Part shown: in pieces, positions 12,801 to 23,300 of the stretch | Position numbering within the stretch: position 1 is the stretch's first letter | How the letters are laid out: every line of letters begins with the position of its first letter | Assembly (NCBI GenBank): GCA_020184695.1 | Contig: JAANOX010000098.1 | Coordinates: 283,491 to 347,490, forward strand | Direction of reading: 5' to 3' | Length of the DNA: 64,000 bases | From: Histomonas meleagridis 2922-C6/04-290x | Lineage: Eukaryota; Protista; Parabasalia | Program-made: the position numbers and the translations under genes | Notes under the pieces: generated by a model | What the model was told of the DNA's origin: nothing | The model's database searches: none | What the model saw: the letters and a program-made list of their open reading frames with translations, nothing else

Positions 12801-15800
12801 TAATATCATTTTCATTTATATTATTAACATTTTTAGTTTCATTTATTACTTTTTCGGTATTGTTAACATTATTTTCGGATTGTGAATTAAGTTTTGGTAT
12901 TTCAGTGGATATAAAATGAAGTAACTTTTGGAACTTTTGGAATTGAACATTACTTAAATTTAAGTCAACTTTAGACATTTTCAAGAAGAATTTTTGGTTT
13001 GGAATTTCATTACATTTAACAAATGAATTTTCAAATTTAATCGACGTGTTAATAGGTATAATTAAAGGTATATTATTTAATGATATTTGGAATTGTTTCA
13101 TATCGAAATCAAAAATATCATAATAAGTTTCATAATTATCAATATTACGTGGAATTTTTTCTGGTGTTTTAATTGTAACTGAGTTAAATGATATACAAAT
13201 TGTTTCTTCCCAAGGTATAAATATCTCTGTTTTCCTTTGTTTAATAGATATTTTAATATAAGGATAATATTGAAGTCTTTTTTCTATTGCATATCTTGTT
13301 AATACATTAGTTGTATTAACATTTGTTAGTGTTGTTGTTTCTATTTGTTGTTGTTGTTTCTGATTCGTTTCACGTTTAATTGGTTGTATGAAATAATTAA
13401 TGATCTCAATGATTAATGGAATGTTTAAATATATTTGTGATGTAGAGTTATCGAGGTTTATATTTAATACATTTTTGTTTGTGATTTCAGATAATATATT
13501 TGCTGTAATTGCATTAGTTTTATCATCGCCTTTGAAATTAATTAAACTTTTCTCTTTAGAATTCGCAATAAATGACTTTAATGAGAATTTCGATTCGATT
13601 TTACTTTGAAGTCCATAAATGGAAAAGTCGACATCATTAATACCAATTTTTAAATCGATTATATCCAAGAAATTAAATGAGAAATGGTCAAAATTAATAT
13701 GAACATTAAATGAAACTGATCTTGGTGTAAATTGTTGTTGTTGTTGAATTGGATTTTGTTTTTCTTTTTCTTTTTCATTATTATTATTATTCGTATTACT
13801 TTTAGGTATTAAATCAATTAATTCAAATAATGTTAAATAATCTTTTTGATATATATTAAATATCATATTTTTCACATTAATATCAAATGAGTTCATAATG
13901 ATTGTGCTTTTCTGTATGAAACTATGTTTAATTCCCATTTGTAACTCAACGACTTTATCACATAAGTTATGATTTCCAACTTTAATTTGGAATCCTTTAA
14001 TGGAAAATAAGAATTTATCATAATAAGTTTCTTCATTATGAATATCTCTTTCGATTTGATAATCAATTGATTTAATATCGAATTCACCGAAATTAATTAT
14101 TAAGTTTTTTTTTGTAGGGAATATAATCATTGGTGTATCCATATGAGCTCTTAAATCGATTTTCTTATGATTCGAAATTAAGTTTTGTATTTCTAATATT
14201 GTCGAATCTCTTTTTACTTTCTCTTCTAATGTTAATACACTTCCAATATCACGAATCATTTCCATTCCTTTCGTAAAGAATTCTTGTACACGATTAAAGA
14301 AATTAAAGTCAACATTTAATATTGGCGAACCAATATTTAAATTGAGTTGAAGAATTTGCGTTTGTTTATTAGAGTTCATAACAAATGACATACATTCATT
14401 ACTTAATGATTGTTTTTCGAAATAAAAAACTTTATTCGAATTTAATGAGTTAATTAAACTTAAATCTTTAATCGATGAGTGAATGATAATATTTGTTTTA
14501 CCATTTTCGAAATCACCAATGATATCATTTAATGATATTTGTGTTAATTGGTTATCTTTATCATATTGTATTATTGCATTCATTTTGTTGATCTTAAACT
14601 TCATTAATAAGTTACCATCATCTGTTTCTAAATTAAAATCTTCAAAAGTTTCTGTTTCTTTCGATTTTTGCTTTTCAATAAGTTCTTTCTTCTTTAAAAA
14701 TGTATAATAATTGATAAGCATTGATGTCAACTCAACGCCATATTTATCTTGTAAATCCATTTTTTCGGTTTCATTTCCATTATTTAATATGTTTAAGACA
14801 TATTCTTTCTCAGTATTTCGTTTCTTTAAAAACTCTATTGCAGTTCCAACTATAAATTCCTTTTTAATTCGTTTCTTTCGTGCGGTTCGATATGAATAAT
14901 GCCACCAGCCACGTAAATCTCGTCGTCGTTGAAAATTAGGACGCCCACAATTCTCAAAAAACATAATACGTGAAAATTTGTTATATCGGGATTGAATCTC
15001 TTGAATGCCTTTCCATTGGGCTGAACTGAAAAAGAGATTTATAGCTTTGATTTGCATATCAAAGATTTTGTCAGCGGTTGAATGGTTTACAGGAATTTCC
15101 ATAATGCCATCGAAATTAAGATCTTGAAGAATGAATTGATGATCATTTTTCATGCTTTCTTCCATCGTTAAAACAAATTTGCTTTGATCGGTGGTATCAA
15201 TGGGTTTACATGAAGTATCTAAATATATGGAAAATCCTGACAAAACAACTTTTTTGTATAAAACATCTGGTGGGTTGGTGAGAGTAACAGGATTACCATC
15301 TTTGTCAACAGTAAAAAGATCAATTTTGGGAATAAATATTCCAAATGATGTTAAATCTTTTTCAGCTAACTCAATTCGAAGATGAACATTTGTCACCCTT
15401 GCTTGGAGATTAGTGGCTATCTTAAGTGTAGTGCCTGCAAGGCCAGAACCATTTGTTTCTTCATCTAATCCAATTTTTGTCAATAAATCATATTGCTGAA
15501 GAAGGCCTTCGATATCTGTTTGAATAAGTGTATTCCCAACAATCTTACCTTTCATGTAAATTCCATCAACAAAAAAAATTGATGGCTCTGAACCAAGATT
15601 TCTCCAAGGAAATGAAATTTCGATTGACTTTACCACACCTTTAACAACTTCAACAGGGATTCTGTTTGATATGAGAGCTTCGGATTTTATTGAAATATCT
15701 GCTAAATAAGCTTTTCCACTTAATATACTTGTGCGTAATTGCTTCCTACTTACAGAATATATATATTTGTGGAGGAATCTGGATATTACCATAGAAAGAA

Positions 15801-15822
15801 CTTTGTCAATAATCGCACTCAT
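6877..15822 (-). CDS. VPS13: VPS13-family lipid transfer protein (2981 aa)
   Basis: Chorein-N start (VISRFLHKYI...ILSGKAYLADISIK...GVVKSIEISFPWRNLGSEPSIFFVDGIY), RGWWHYSY-type segment, about 3000 aa uninterrupted, beta-groove-like composition. Confidence 0.85.
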   Translation of the reverse strand: MSAIIDKVLSMVISRFLHKYIYSVSRKQLRTSILSGKAYLADISIKSEALISNRIPVEVVKGVVKSIEISFPWRNLGSEPSIFFVDGIYMKGKIVGNTLIQTDIEGLLQQYDLLTKIGLDEETNGSGLAGTTLKIATNLQARVTNVHLRIELAEKDLTSFGIFIPKIDLFTVDKDGNPVTLTNPPDVLYKKVVLSGFSIYLDTSCKPIDTTDQSKFVLTMEESMKNDHQFILQDLNFDGIMEIPVNHSTADKIFDMQIKAINLFFSSAQWKGIQEIQSRYNKFSRIMFFENCGRPNFQRRRDLRGWWHYSYRTARKKRIKKEFIVGTAIEFLKKRNTEKEYVLNILNNGNETEKMDLQDKYGVELTSMLINYYTFLKKKELIEKQKSKETETFEDFNLETDDGNLLMKFKINKMNAIIQYDKDNQLTQISLNDIIGDFENGKTNIIIHSSIKDLSLINSLNSNKVFYFEKQSLSNECMSFVMNSNKQTQILQLNLNIGSPILNVDFNFFNRVQEFFTKGMEMIRDIGSVLTLEEKVKRDSTILEIQNLISNHKKIDLRAHMDTPMIIFPTKKNLIINFGEFDIKSIDYQIERDIHNEETYYDKFLFSIKGFQIKVGNHNLCDKVVELQMGIKHSFIQKSTIIMNSFDINVKNMIFNIYQKDYLTLFELIDLIPKSNTNNNNNEKEKEKQNPIQQQQQFTPRSVSFNVHINFDHFSFNFLDIIDLKIGINDVDFSIYGLQSKIESKFSLKSFIANSKEKSLINFKGDDKTNAITANILSEITNKNVLNINLDNSTSQIYLNIPLIIEIINYFIQPIKRETNQKQQQQIETTTLTNVNTTNVLTRYAIEKRLQYYPYIKISIKQRKTEIFIPWEETICISFNSVTIKTPEKIPRNIDNYETYYDIFDFDMKQFQISLNNIPLIIPINTSIKFENSFVKCNEIPNQKFFLKMSKVDLNLSNVQFQKFQKLLHFISTEIPKLNSQSENNVNNTEKVINETKNVNNINENDIKTNIEINADFEQFSFHLIEEELKYQTDFELNGFNIIYNNMNNGLTNMELLMKSILCTKSNNDIKSNIFNLETETKFNVSFIDNKFDFNSKIQEISVDLDIDWVKSMIKFFNYNNNNNNQIQNETSKEIIEKQQNVNVNDNNNEKVLTFSLDLNKISVSVKDKEKYGIVIENISLLKNNVNDKYNISNILFYIETETLFKLSEFIATMKLIKENHCLVNGSIKDIIFNMTHEQYKNIFTTIKNITDLLPKSQPIQNNNTKEINNNKLNFDIDFKLYSLNTKLSKQKDIYNLITKNIFLTFETISNGKCLIDNLNLECNSENIISPNGKLTIGINNLNEINIILPETKLLISPQKIRNLLDFFTLNENKQKDENNNNKNEESNSTFKFNIHSKDLTGKIYDEKITTIFDFNEFHFNILMEKETKIIIEMLNTKLINPKFLHPFLFATNFKFELYKSNILVTINEAETDFQYDYLMDVIHSISIIYSTPTNYSFSAPITMPIFTYDVTINNIKGNLLSRVITYLPINLNQFKFKSEDGHKHIISIFKGKIWDLFDFNNLCIPMYWDINENLPKMNKGFEKEVKYIEPFKDKKDLYLRGMKIDCNFDDIKMIYDRKMSQILCQVISSMIPKDDPNVISPYCLEIIVNFNAKTFNGKVLNVENIILNNIIFNYTSEKMKLLIGSYSINSKINSLQKEKSIKFIMKNKYKKLVINSFNANIDYDELNQLVPTLLESPFITHEYFKPKPEVNDGIEPEMLIDIKSSQITFPITKTQYKIQTKFSLLYLSKPSMFNLNFICSFLNINEHQLLKNFNLKYNTLLESKQKFIIVESSQLNLLLSIIDIYYIRQFINNDITKLKNLISFESDEYAAVEIIDNYSIDINIKPISIILNGNVIQFGGYKPIILFKTNNYIMKMETKINKKFNYTLNINGLEVLNPINGFYDYIIEPFNIQLEIDLTKNKIFSIKIPDPLRINISFNTIQMLIDYIGQISNPPQNIQKHLNLINETGSNLTLLIKEVDKNQSNKIILKKDQKLELKMGTKISTDSMLFNWIRPEEATNPFIATNKVMFYQQNKIDRRDYILSSIIKIYNQSSIDLFLVDHVNNNKINYIELKPDTIVPIPITSSFTQTFGIITTNNKSFESKFTINDLKKGNISIVVKNNEILTKLLLNAEYDRHTNIFMINIMPLTIIKNRLLFDLIIKYGNETYRIMPGIDHMASLINSRDTRVQLNVQISNIEKEGKNIFISLEHEKPQRYCFQCNSSKVLIAITITKYNGQLIITFYPPTIIFNNTDFDLICRQDSYYADIPKHLLAFWGADSYFNNEQSRLDTYFTLKNAEKQIYSSPIDSCLESTFGDIFIPYANRKFLFLHLKYKITNAGTFSNSTIINLYTKVKVLNNTNYDLIIKPFDEITNTEYGDNVLLVKDKTIPISMSLMKLTFKVFMKNSKNFIVLNANKQIRSTFVLQLNNNQLIFVELIIEEINHEMMIKLNNPMFPQQIMISNCLKTNFIAKQFKNSTIKINILPETTSIFGFEKPYSTNKLIIEIEKQEFEIDLKVVDSKMGFLVNKKNIYVFNRINKDLTKSIIICDDMKLILQFINSKETKNYSKIFKFIIPKIEVSLIDYNYLEFCLILLNDINFSYELHPELQKINFNINSMRIHDLHSKAPIQTPIICNPFSNLPFLQLFVSVDSNSSLFSSINSIYFRMNDINVIADLSFLSDIISFYFLILTPRYQKMDKIDMPIPSNELTGYNSSQIFLKNLFISKIKINVFIEGNSSRPNLYPVMFKWFKYIPKISAPLQFNVDFIQKDNQIISNNYLMAHVLNPIIQEILDQIKSVIKSSIFKIYNGVKPIENRPRESRTYPLHKIQTFDRTKRALEFMILLRRERPTEILLDFFEFNGKCLCVTNLSLFLFGCENNKIERITLLNVSNIKEIILTNKTMVFVLNNNNRIGFEFGTLSDAERGYKEIKTMHEMQIIGTKE

Positions 15823-16480
15823 CTTTGATGATTTTTTGACTAAATTTTCTATGCTGACCGTTAAGTGGAATGTAAAATTTTACAATTGATATTTTCCTAC
15901 AACTCATGGATATTAATAAACGTGTAGAGCAAACCATATGCCACGTAATTTTAGATGAATTCATTCATTTATTTTTAAGATATTTCTATTTTTTGAGTTC
16001 GAATAAATGTTTCACAAAAAGTGATAAATCGAATTCCAAAGAGTTGACTCATTGAAGTGAAATACTTTTTCAAGACAAATTGCAACATACGCAACATAAT
16101 ATAGAGAATACCAGTAACATTTTCGTGTAAGAAAAAGGCAGAGGCAGCGCTTGTGTGCAAGATGTTGTTGAATAAGACAAACTTTCAATTGATTCAAAAA
16201 AATTCGAGAGTATTTAATTTTCAAACGCACGGAACTTTTGAATGAGGCCTCATTCTGAACTCTTTTTGATTGAATGCAATGAAGTGTCAAGTAATATCTA
16301 TTCGAGCATAGCAACACGTATTTCTTAAGATAGTAACCAAGAGAAAGATATTATTATTAATAGTTTTCTATATTATTTAAATATAAAAAAACATATGTTG
16401 GCAATTATCATGAATAAAATGATTTTATGAGAATTCATATATTAAGATTGGCAAACTTTACATGAAACATTATTTTTTTG

Positions 16481-18254
16481 ATGGAACTCTCGAATGAATA
16501 AGAGTAGAATCAATTGTCTTCAATCTCAACGAAAAAAATTTCGAAACTTCAGTTCAAGCAACAATTAATTTATTTGTTGATAAGCTACCATATACATTTA
16601 ACTCTCTTGTTTCCAGTATTATATATTCAGATTTTGTTTCTCAAACTCATAATGCTAATACATATATTAAATATTTATTTATATTAAAAGCAAAAGAAGA
16701 AGAAAAATAAAAAACAAAAGTGAAACTGAAGCGAATCTTGTTCAAATATTTCGTAAATATTTACTCGGGATAAAAAAGCAAGAATCATATTATCTTCTTG
16801 AAAAGATGATCGAAAAAGAAATAATTGAACCATCTTCAGTAAAGAACATGAACACATTATATTTTTCTAAATTTAAAACAAAAGAAACAAAAATTAAATT
16901 AATAAACAAATGTCCAGCACTTAATGAATTATCAAAAGATGGCTGGAAGCTTCATATGCAATATGTAAAAGAAGGAGTTAATCCATTAGAAATTGCAAAA
17001 GTACTTCGAAATGATGATTTAGAAAAGCTTCAAGAAATATCATCACATAATGAGTTTGAATTTAATCAAAAAATTAAACCATCACTTTTTGAAAGATGTT
17101 CATTTATTAATACTAAAAATGTTTCATTAATTGATTATTGCGCATTTTTTGGTTCGATTAAATGCTTTAAATATTTGTTATTAAATAATTCGAATATAAA
17201 AAATAAATCCAAATATGTAATTGCAGGTGGAAACTTAGAAATTTTTCATTTATTTGAACAAAATAATTCATCATTTGAAAACGCATATGAAACAGCGATC
17301 GATTTTCATCGAAATGATATTTTTCGTTATCTTTATGAAAATAAAATTGGAAAAATTTCGAATGAAAGAAAAAATTCATCTTTAATGTTTTCTATCCAAA
17401 ATTTATCTTCATTACTTTCTTTCACGAAATTCGATTCCAATATCGAAAGTCAAAATAATTGTAAATTAAGTGAAGAAAATTTAATTTATCTTGGAAGAAA
17501 ATGTATATAATTCAATAATTATGAGATCTTCTAGTTTTTAGAAAAAGAAGGAATGAAAATAAATAATGAAATCATAGAAAATATAGCGTCAAAAGGAAAT
17601 ACATTTATAATAAAAGGTGTAATAGAAAGTCAACAAATTCCAAAAACAATTTTACCATATTCAGTTGAATCAGGAAATATAGAAATTGTAAACTTACTTT
17701 TAGATAAAGGAATTGATGTTAATGCAAAAACTATTCATTTGAATAATTTGTAATATGTTTTAATAATTTGGAATATGTTTTAATAATTTGGAATATGTTT
17801 TAATAATTTGGAATATGTTTTAATAATTTGAAACAGCACTTCATATAGCAGTTAGAAATAATAATATAGAAATAGTAAAATTACTTTTAGATAAAGAAGG
17901 AATTGATGTTAATGCAAAATATATTCATTTGAATAATTTTATATATGTTTTAATAATTTTATATATGTTTTAATAATTTGAAATATGTTTTAATTATTTG
18001 AAATAGCACTTCATATAGCAGTTAAAAACAATTATGAAGAAATTATAAAATTACTTTTAGATAAAGAAGGAATTGATGTTAATGCAAAAACTATTCATTT
18101 GAATAATTTATAATATGTTTTAATAATTTTATATATGTTTCAATAATTTGAAACAGCACTTCACATTGAAATTGCTCAACAGTTAGGCTTCAGAGAAATA
18201 AAGCAATTACTTAGGGAAAAAGGTGCAAACAACAATGGGTTATATCTGATTTAA
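16481..18254 (+). pseudogene. DUF3447-type/ankyrin-repeat gene 2, decayed (3 spaced ankyrin modules)
   Basis: LIDYCAFFGSIKCFKYLL in ORF 16806-17510. Frameshift near 16705; in-frame TAA 17508 and TAG 17532 where paralogs read through. Ankyrin modules at 17833, 18003, 18153. Confidence 0.75.
17736..18146 (+). repeat. ankyrin spacers built from tandem 20-nt units (aataatttggaatatgtttt)
   Basis: Spacers of 91, 71 and 51 nt, differing by exactly one 20-nt unit. Confidence 0.9.
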
Positions 18255-18465
18255 CATTTACATTTTAAAAATTAAATGATAGCACTATAGTGCTATATTA
18301 AACATAAATTTTTTTAATGATCTTAATAAAATTTTCCGAGTGATACCAAATCATTATCTTCACCAAAAATTGAAAAAAAAATATCGAAACAAGAGTTGAT
18401 ATAAACATTGGTCATTTTTCCTAACCATAAGATTTCATTTAATATAATATATATATTTATGTTTT

Positions 18466-19520
18466 TTATAATCTATACAAAATAGAATAAAAATCAGAAA
18501 CGAAAACTTTATTTAGACTTGTTTCCATGCATCTTCTCAATGAAGTTATCTTGAAGCATCCAACTCCTTGTAAATCCAAATGATTGTTCAGGAGTTTTAG
18601 TATCAAAGTATTTTGTTGCAGGGAAAAATCAGTAATTTTCAAAGCTTTGCTCACAGCAGTGAATGGAAGACCACGGAATGAAGTAATTGATATTGCAAGT
18701 GATCTAACATTCGATGGAATTCGTGCAAGTTCAATCCTAATAACTTCAGCATCTTTATCAGTTGAACTACTACCAACTTGATTATCACCACAATGATGAG
18801 GGGCACCATTGAACGCATTTGATTTCCTAAACAAAACTGAATCAACCATTTTTAAGTCTTTGTCAAATGCAACAACTGTGTATCAAGATCATTCTTTGTA
18901 AGCTAATATTAATTGTTCTTGGGACTTTTCTGACTTTTTCATGGTGGAACTTCTGTTTCAGGAACAGCGTGTGATTCATTTTTCTTATGATCAATAAGGG
19001 TGCATTCTTGTTGGTTATCACATGCACATTCATAAGTATATTCCTTACAATAGAAAACAACATCATGTCCATCATGACAGTACTGTGCACAGTTCTCACA
19101 TATTTTCTTGTTGCATGTTTTGCATTCAAATGAATATATTTTGCATTAACGTTGGTCCTGCATTTATGGCCATGGGCATGCCATTGCCTCCTGTTCCCAT
19201 TCCAAATCCGATGAATCGAAGTGATGTAAACAATAAAATAATTAGGATAATCATTTAGTGGCCTAATATGGAAAACATGAATAGTTATACACAATTAAAT
19301 TGATGATGTCACTAAAATTGAATGCACCATGGTTTTCATGAATTTTGTCCTGTTCAAATTGAGAAAAATTCACAGAAACAGTCACCATCCTCAACGAAAT
19401 TATTTCCTTTCAAAATGACAATTTGTGTTTACAAACGATAATCAATTTCCCAAGAACCCTTCCACACACACAAGCACCTATTCACAGCATAAAGAACGAA
19501 CAATCGCAATAAGTTCTTCC
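18466..19520 (-). pseudogene. UBR-box-like zinc finger + TerD domain fusion, frameshifted
   Basis: TerD: DLDT/VVAFDKDLKMVDSVLF...HHCGDNQVG...DAEVIRIELARIPSNVRSLAISITSFRG. Upstream, in another frame: FECKTCNKKICENCAQYCHDGHDVVFYCKEYTYECACD. Several frameshifts and stops. Confidence 0.6.
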
Positions 19521-19782
19521 TTATAATTATTTTTCTGATTTAGATTCTAATAAACTCCCATTTTCATAATAGATTTCTTTTATTTTTACGAAAATAGTTC
19601 CGTTTTGAATTTGTTACTTTTCCTTATCTTGGGTCTAATTTAGGGTTCATGAATTAAGACACCGATTGAAAGATAAGGTCGAAATTTGGGAGTGATCGCC
19701 TTGAATTGTCACATAAAAAGTGCCGTTTAAAAATTTATTCTCAAAGATACGAATTGAGAACAAAACGTACTCCATAATTTAA

Positions 19783-20199
19783 ATGGCTCGTACAAAACAA
19801 ACAGCACGTAAATCTACCGGTGGTAAGACTCCACGCAAGTCACTCGGTGCTAAGGCAGCTCGTAAGTCAACACCAGTTGTTGATTCACAAGGTGCTAAGA
19901 AACAACATCGTTTCAGACCAGGTACTGTTGCTCTTCGTGAAATCCGTAAATATCAAAAGAGCACAGATCTTTTAATCCGTAAGCTTCCATTCCAACGTCT
20001 TGTTCGTGAAATTGCATCTGGATTCCGTGGTGATCTTCGTTTCCAATCATCAGCAATTGCAGCTCTTCAAGAAGCATCCGAAGCTTACCTTGTTGGTCTC
20101 TTTGAAGATACAAACCTTTGTGCTATACATGCAAATCGTGTTACAATTATGGAACGTGATGTTCAACTTGCACAAAGAATTCGTGGTGAACGTAACTAA
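19783..20199 (+). CDS. H3: histone H3 (parabasalid type)
   Basis: [29 protein letters not shown]...[36 protein letters not shown]. Confidence 0.98.
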   Translation: MARTKQTARKSTGGKTPRKSLGAKAARKSTPVVDSQGAKKQHRFRPGTVALREIRKYQKSTDLLIRKLPFQRLVREIASGFRGDLRFQSSAIAALQEASEAYLVGLFEDTNLCAIHANRVTIMERDVQLAQRIRGERN

Positions 20200-20394
20200 A
20201 AGAATAACCAATTAATCTTTATTTAATGAGATTTTAAACAAAGGTGATTTTTGAGGCTTTTTGACGCCTAAAAATTTTGTTTCTTGTTTTTGATTGAAAA
20301 AGGTTTGTGTACAAAATTTTGAGAGAGTTATTTTTGGCAAGGCCGTTCAAAACTGATTAAATTCAGATCCCATAGGTGTATCGTTCTGTTCAAC

Positions 20395-23300
20395 ATGAAA
20401 TTTCTGAATAGTTTTCAAAAAAAAACTTTTTCTTCAAGTAAACTATTCAAGTTCATTATGAGCAATGCCTTTCTATCGCACACAGCACCAGTGATTGAAC
20501 GGATTGAACAGCTGCAAAAACTTGAAATGTCGACATCAATTCATTGTTCTAAAGCCAACTCTCTTATTCGGACTTTTAATTTACTTCCACCATTTTTGTC
20601 AATATCACCACCAAATTTCAAAGTTAACCATAAATTCATTGACGCCATGAACTCTATTGTTAGTTCAATTGACCATTTAATTCAACTTTGCATTCAATGT
20701 AATCGTGAATCATGTTTTCAATTTATCTTAATGACTTCTTTACACGAAGTTTTTGATCAATTTTTAGAGATACGACAAAAAGTTATTGCTGATCTTAGGT
20801 CAATAGGTTTTGATTCTGCCGCAGATTTATTTAAATTATCACCAGACGAATTATTATCACAAGATCAAGTTGACCTAAAGTTAATTGGTATTTTTATGAT
20901 GCAAATGCGTTCCAGGAACGATGTTGTACGAAGACCAGATATCAAAGAAAAAATCAATGATCGTTTAAAATCAATTCAAAGAAAAGGCGTCAAAATAGAA
21001 ACTGATGAGACAGACCTAGGTGGTATCCTTACAGTTCCTTCTCTTCCTCCCAATTTAAATCTTGTCTTAGAACATGAACAACTAGTATTTGGAGATTCCA
21101 TTGGAAGTGGTCGAAGTGGTCGCGTTTTTAAAGGCAAAATTAGTGGCAGTTCACAAGTCGTTGCTATCAAAGTTCTTCATTGCAGACAACTCTCGCCAAG
21201 CGAACTTGAAATGTTTTGCAGAGAGATTTTCACCCTATCGACTTTGAACCACCCCTCGATATTGAAACTTTTAGGGTACACCAATCAACCGCCGTTTTGT
21301 TTGGTGACTGAACTCCTTTCAAACGGTTCACTTTTCCAATTCCTTAAATCTCATCCAGACGAATTAACACCTACAGATAGAACAGCTATCGCGATTGACG
21401 TTGCAAGAGGCATGAGTTACATGCATCAAAGAAATATTATTCATCGGGATTTGAAAAGTTTAAATATTTTACTTGATGATAATAAAAGAGCTAGAATATG
21501 TGACTTCGGACTTGTTAGACTTAAGTCATATGCTCCAATGACAGGATTAATTGGTACAACTCAATGGATGGCACCAGAAATTTTAATGTGCTCAACTTCT
21601 TATGATGTTGCAGCTGATGTTTATTCTTTTGGAATTGTTCTCTGGGAACTTCTTACTGGTGAAATTCCTTATAAAGATGTAACAACAGGAAATTTACCAT
21701 ATCTTGTTGTTCAAGAAGGTCTTCGTCCAACAATTCCTAGTGGAACACCCAAAGATCTAGAGAATCTTATTACATCATGTTGGTCGCAAGATCCCAAGAA
21801 AAGGCCACCATTTTCATTAATTGTCAAACTTTTTAACAATCCCAAATATCACTTTCCAGGCACTAATGCAGATGCTCTTTGGGCTCGTATTGGTGGTAAA
21901 AAACGAAAAACACCTTCAGCAAGTGATCCATTAAAATTCTTTGATAATCAAAAACGTCTCAATCAATATGAAAAGAACAATCTATGGATTCCTGTTAGCC
22001 AAGTTGATCATGTATTAATGAAATTTACAGAAGCTATTCGCACATCTAATTACCTATCAATCGACCGTTATCTAACCGATGTCAGAGCTCTTGGCAAAAG
22101 CGGTTTGTTAACGTCCACCGACTTTATACCGAAAGTTATTGAATTAATTCGAAGTACCACCGATAATCAATGCCAACTAAAAATCCTCAAAATGTTATCA
22201 GAGTTATTAATTAACAAAGTATTATTTGAACAATTTATTAATTCCGATGGCTTACATCTCTTATATGATTTAATGCGTCGTGGTAACAAAGATATTGCAG
22301 AAGCATCATTAATAATATGTGCAGATCATATCCAATCGGAAATTATCTCAGTCGATTTAATCAAGGCATTGTTGGTCTTTAATGGAGCTACAAGTGAAGG
22401 CACACGATTACTTGCATTAACATCATTGTTCAAAGTTATTGACTTGAAATTTGATTTCTTATGCTCAATGCCAACATTTATATATCATTTGTTATTGTTT
22501 TCTGTTAAGCCATTATCAATTAAAGTATTTGAGAAACTATTAACTATAGTATCGCGATTCCTCGATCATATTAAGTCATTTCCAGAAGACGTATTGTCAC
22601 AACTTATATGGCTACAAACTAATGTGCCACAAGAACTTAAATCATTAGCAATTGAATGCTTAACTAAGTCATTAAAGTTCCATAACGCACGTGAACAATT
22701 CCCTTCTTATTTCTGGGAGAAAGTTGTTACCTCTATATCTGATTTTAATATGTATTTACCTATATATCAATCATTCGTGAATTATTTGCCGCAGAAATAT
22801 CATGAATTATTGATTAGTTTACGCGTGTTTGCCAAAGAAGATATAAACGCACTCAATTTGCTCGTTGAATTCTCTAAAAATTTGAGATGTGCTAAATTCA
22901 TCTCGACTCAGTTGCCAATTCAAAATTTGCATTCGCCGGCACTTTTGTTTCAATTGTATTCAAACATCTCAAAAATTGAAGGAGTCAGCTTAATTATCGG
23001 CCAAGAAACCGAATTTTATATCGTGTGTAAACTTGTCATTTCTTCAAAGTTCAATTCACAAGCTTGTCAATTAATTCGCAGGGTAGAACTTAGCCCTGTT
23101 TTACTTGTCGATACGGGTTTGTTGGCTCAAATTGTGGGATTATTCAATATTTCAAACGACACCGATGAAATTTTCAATTTAATGTCGGTTATGTATACAA
23201 TTTCATTGAATCGATATTTTCAATTGTTTTCGTTCGTTGTGCCGAAAATGATTTCACTACTTTACGATAGCAAAGAATCAATTGATGCGGTGCCGAGTTT

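Noticed and set aside
7019-15385. Short ORFs within and antisense to VPS13, and similar shadow ORFs in the kinase, eRF3, H3, NOM1-like, BspA and coiled-coil genes
   Set aside because: They overlap well-supported long CDSs and show no independent protein features.
15975-16317. Possible transposase fragment (HKRCLCLF...)
   Set aside because: Looks like decayed coding sequence, but no diagnostic motif could be supported.
19022-19258. + strand ORF with MAMGMPLPPVPIPNP
   Set aside because: Antisense to the UBR-like/TerD pseudogene, which has recognisable motifs. ORF 18863-19294 (-) is likewise mostly the wrong frame of that pseudogene.
20240-20280. Histone 3' stem-loop after H3 (aggc...gcct)
   Set aside because: A 4-5 bp stem unlike the metazoan consensus, with no equivalent seen after H4.
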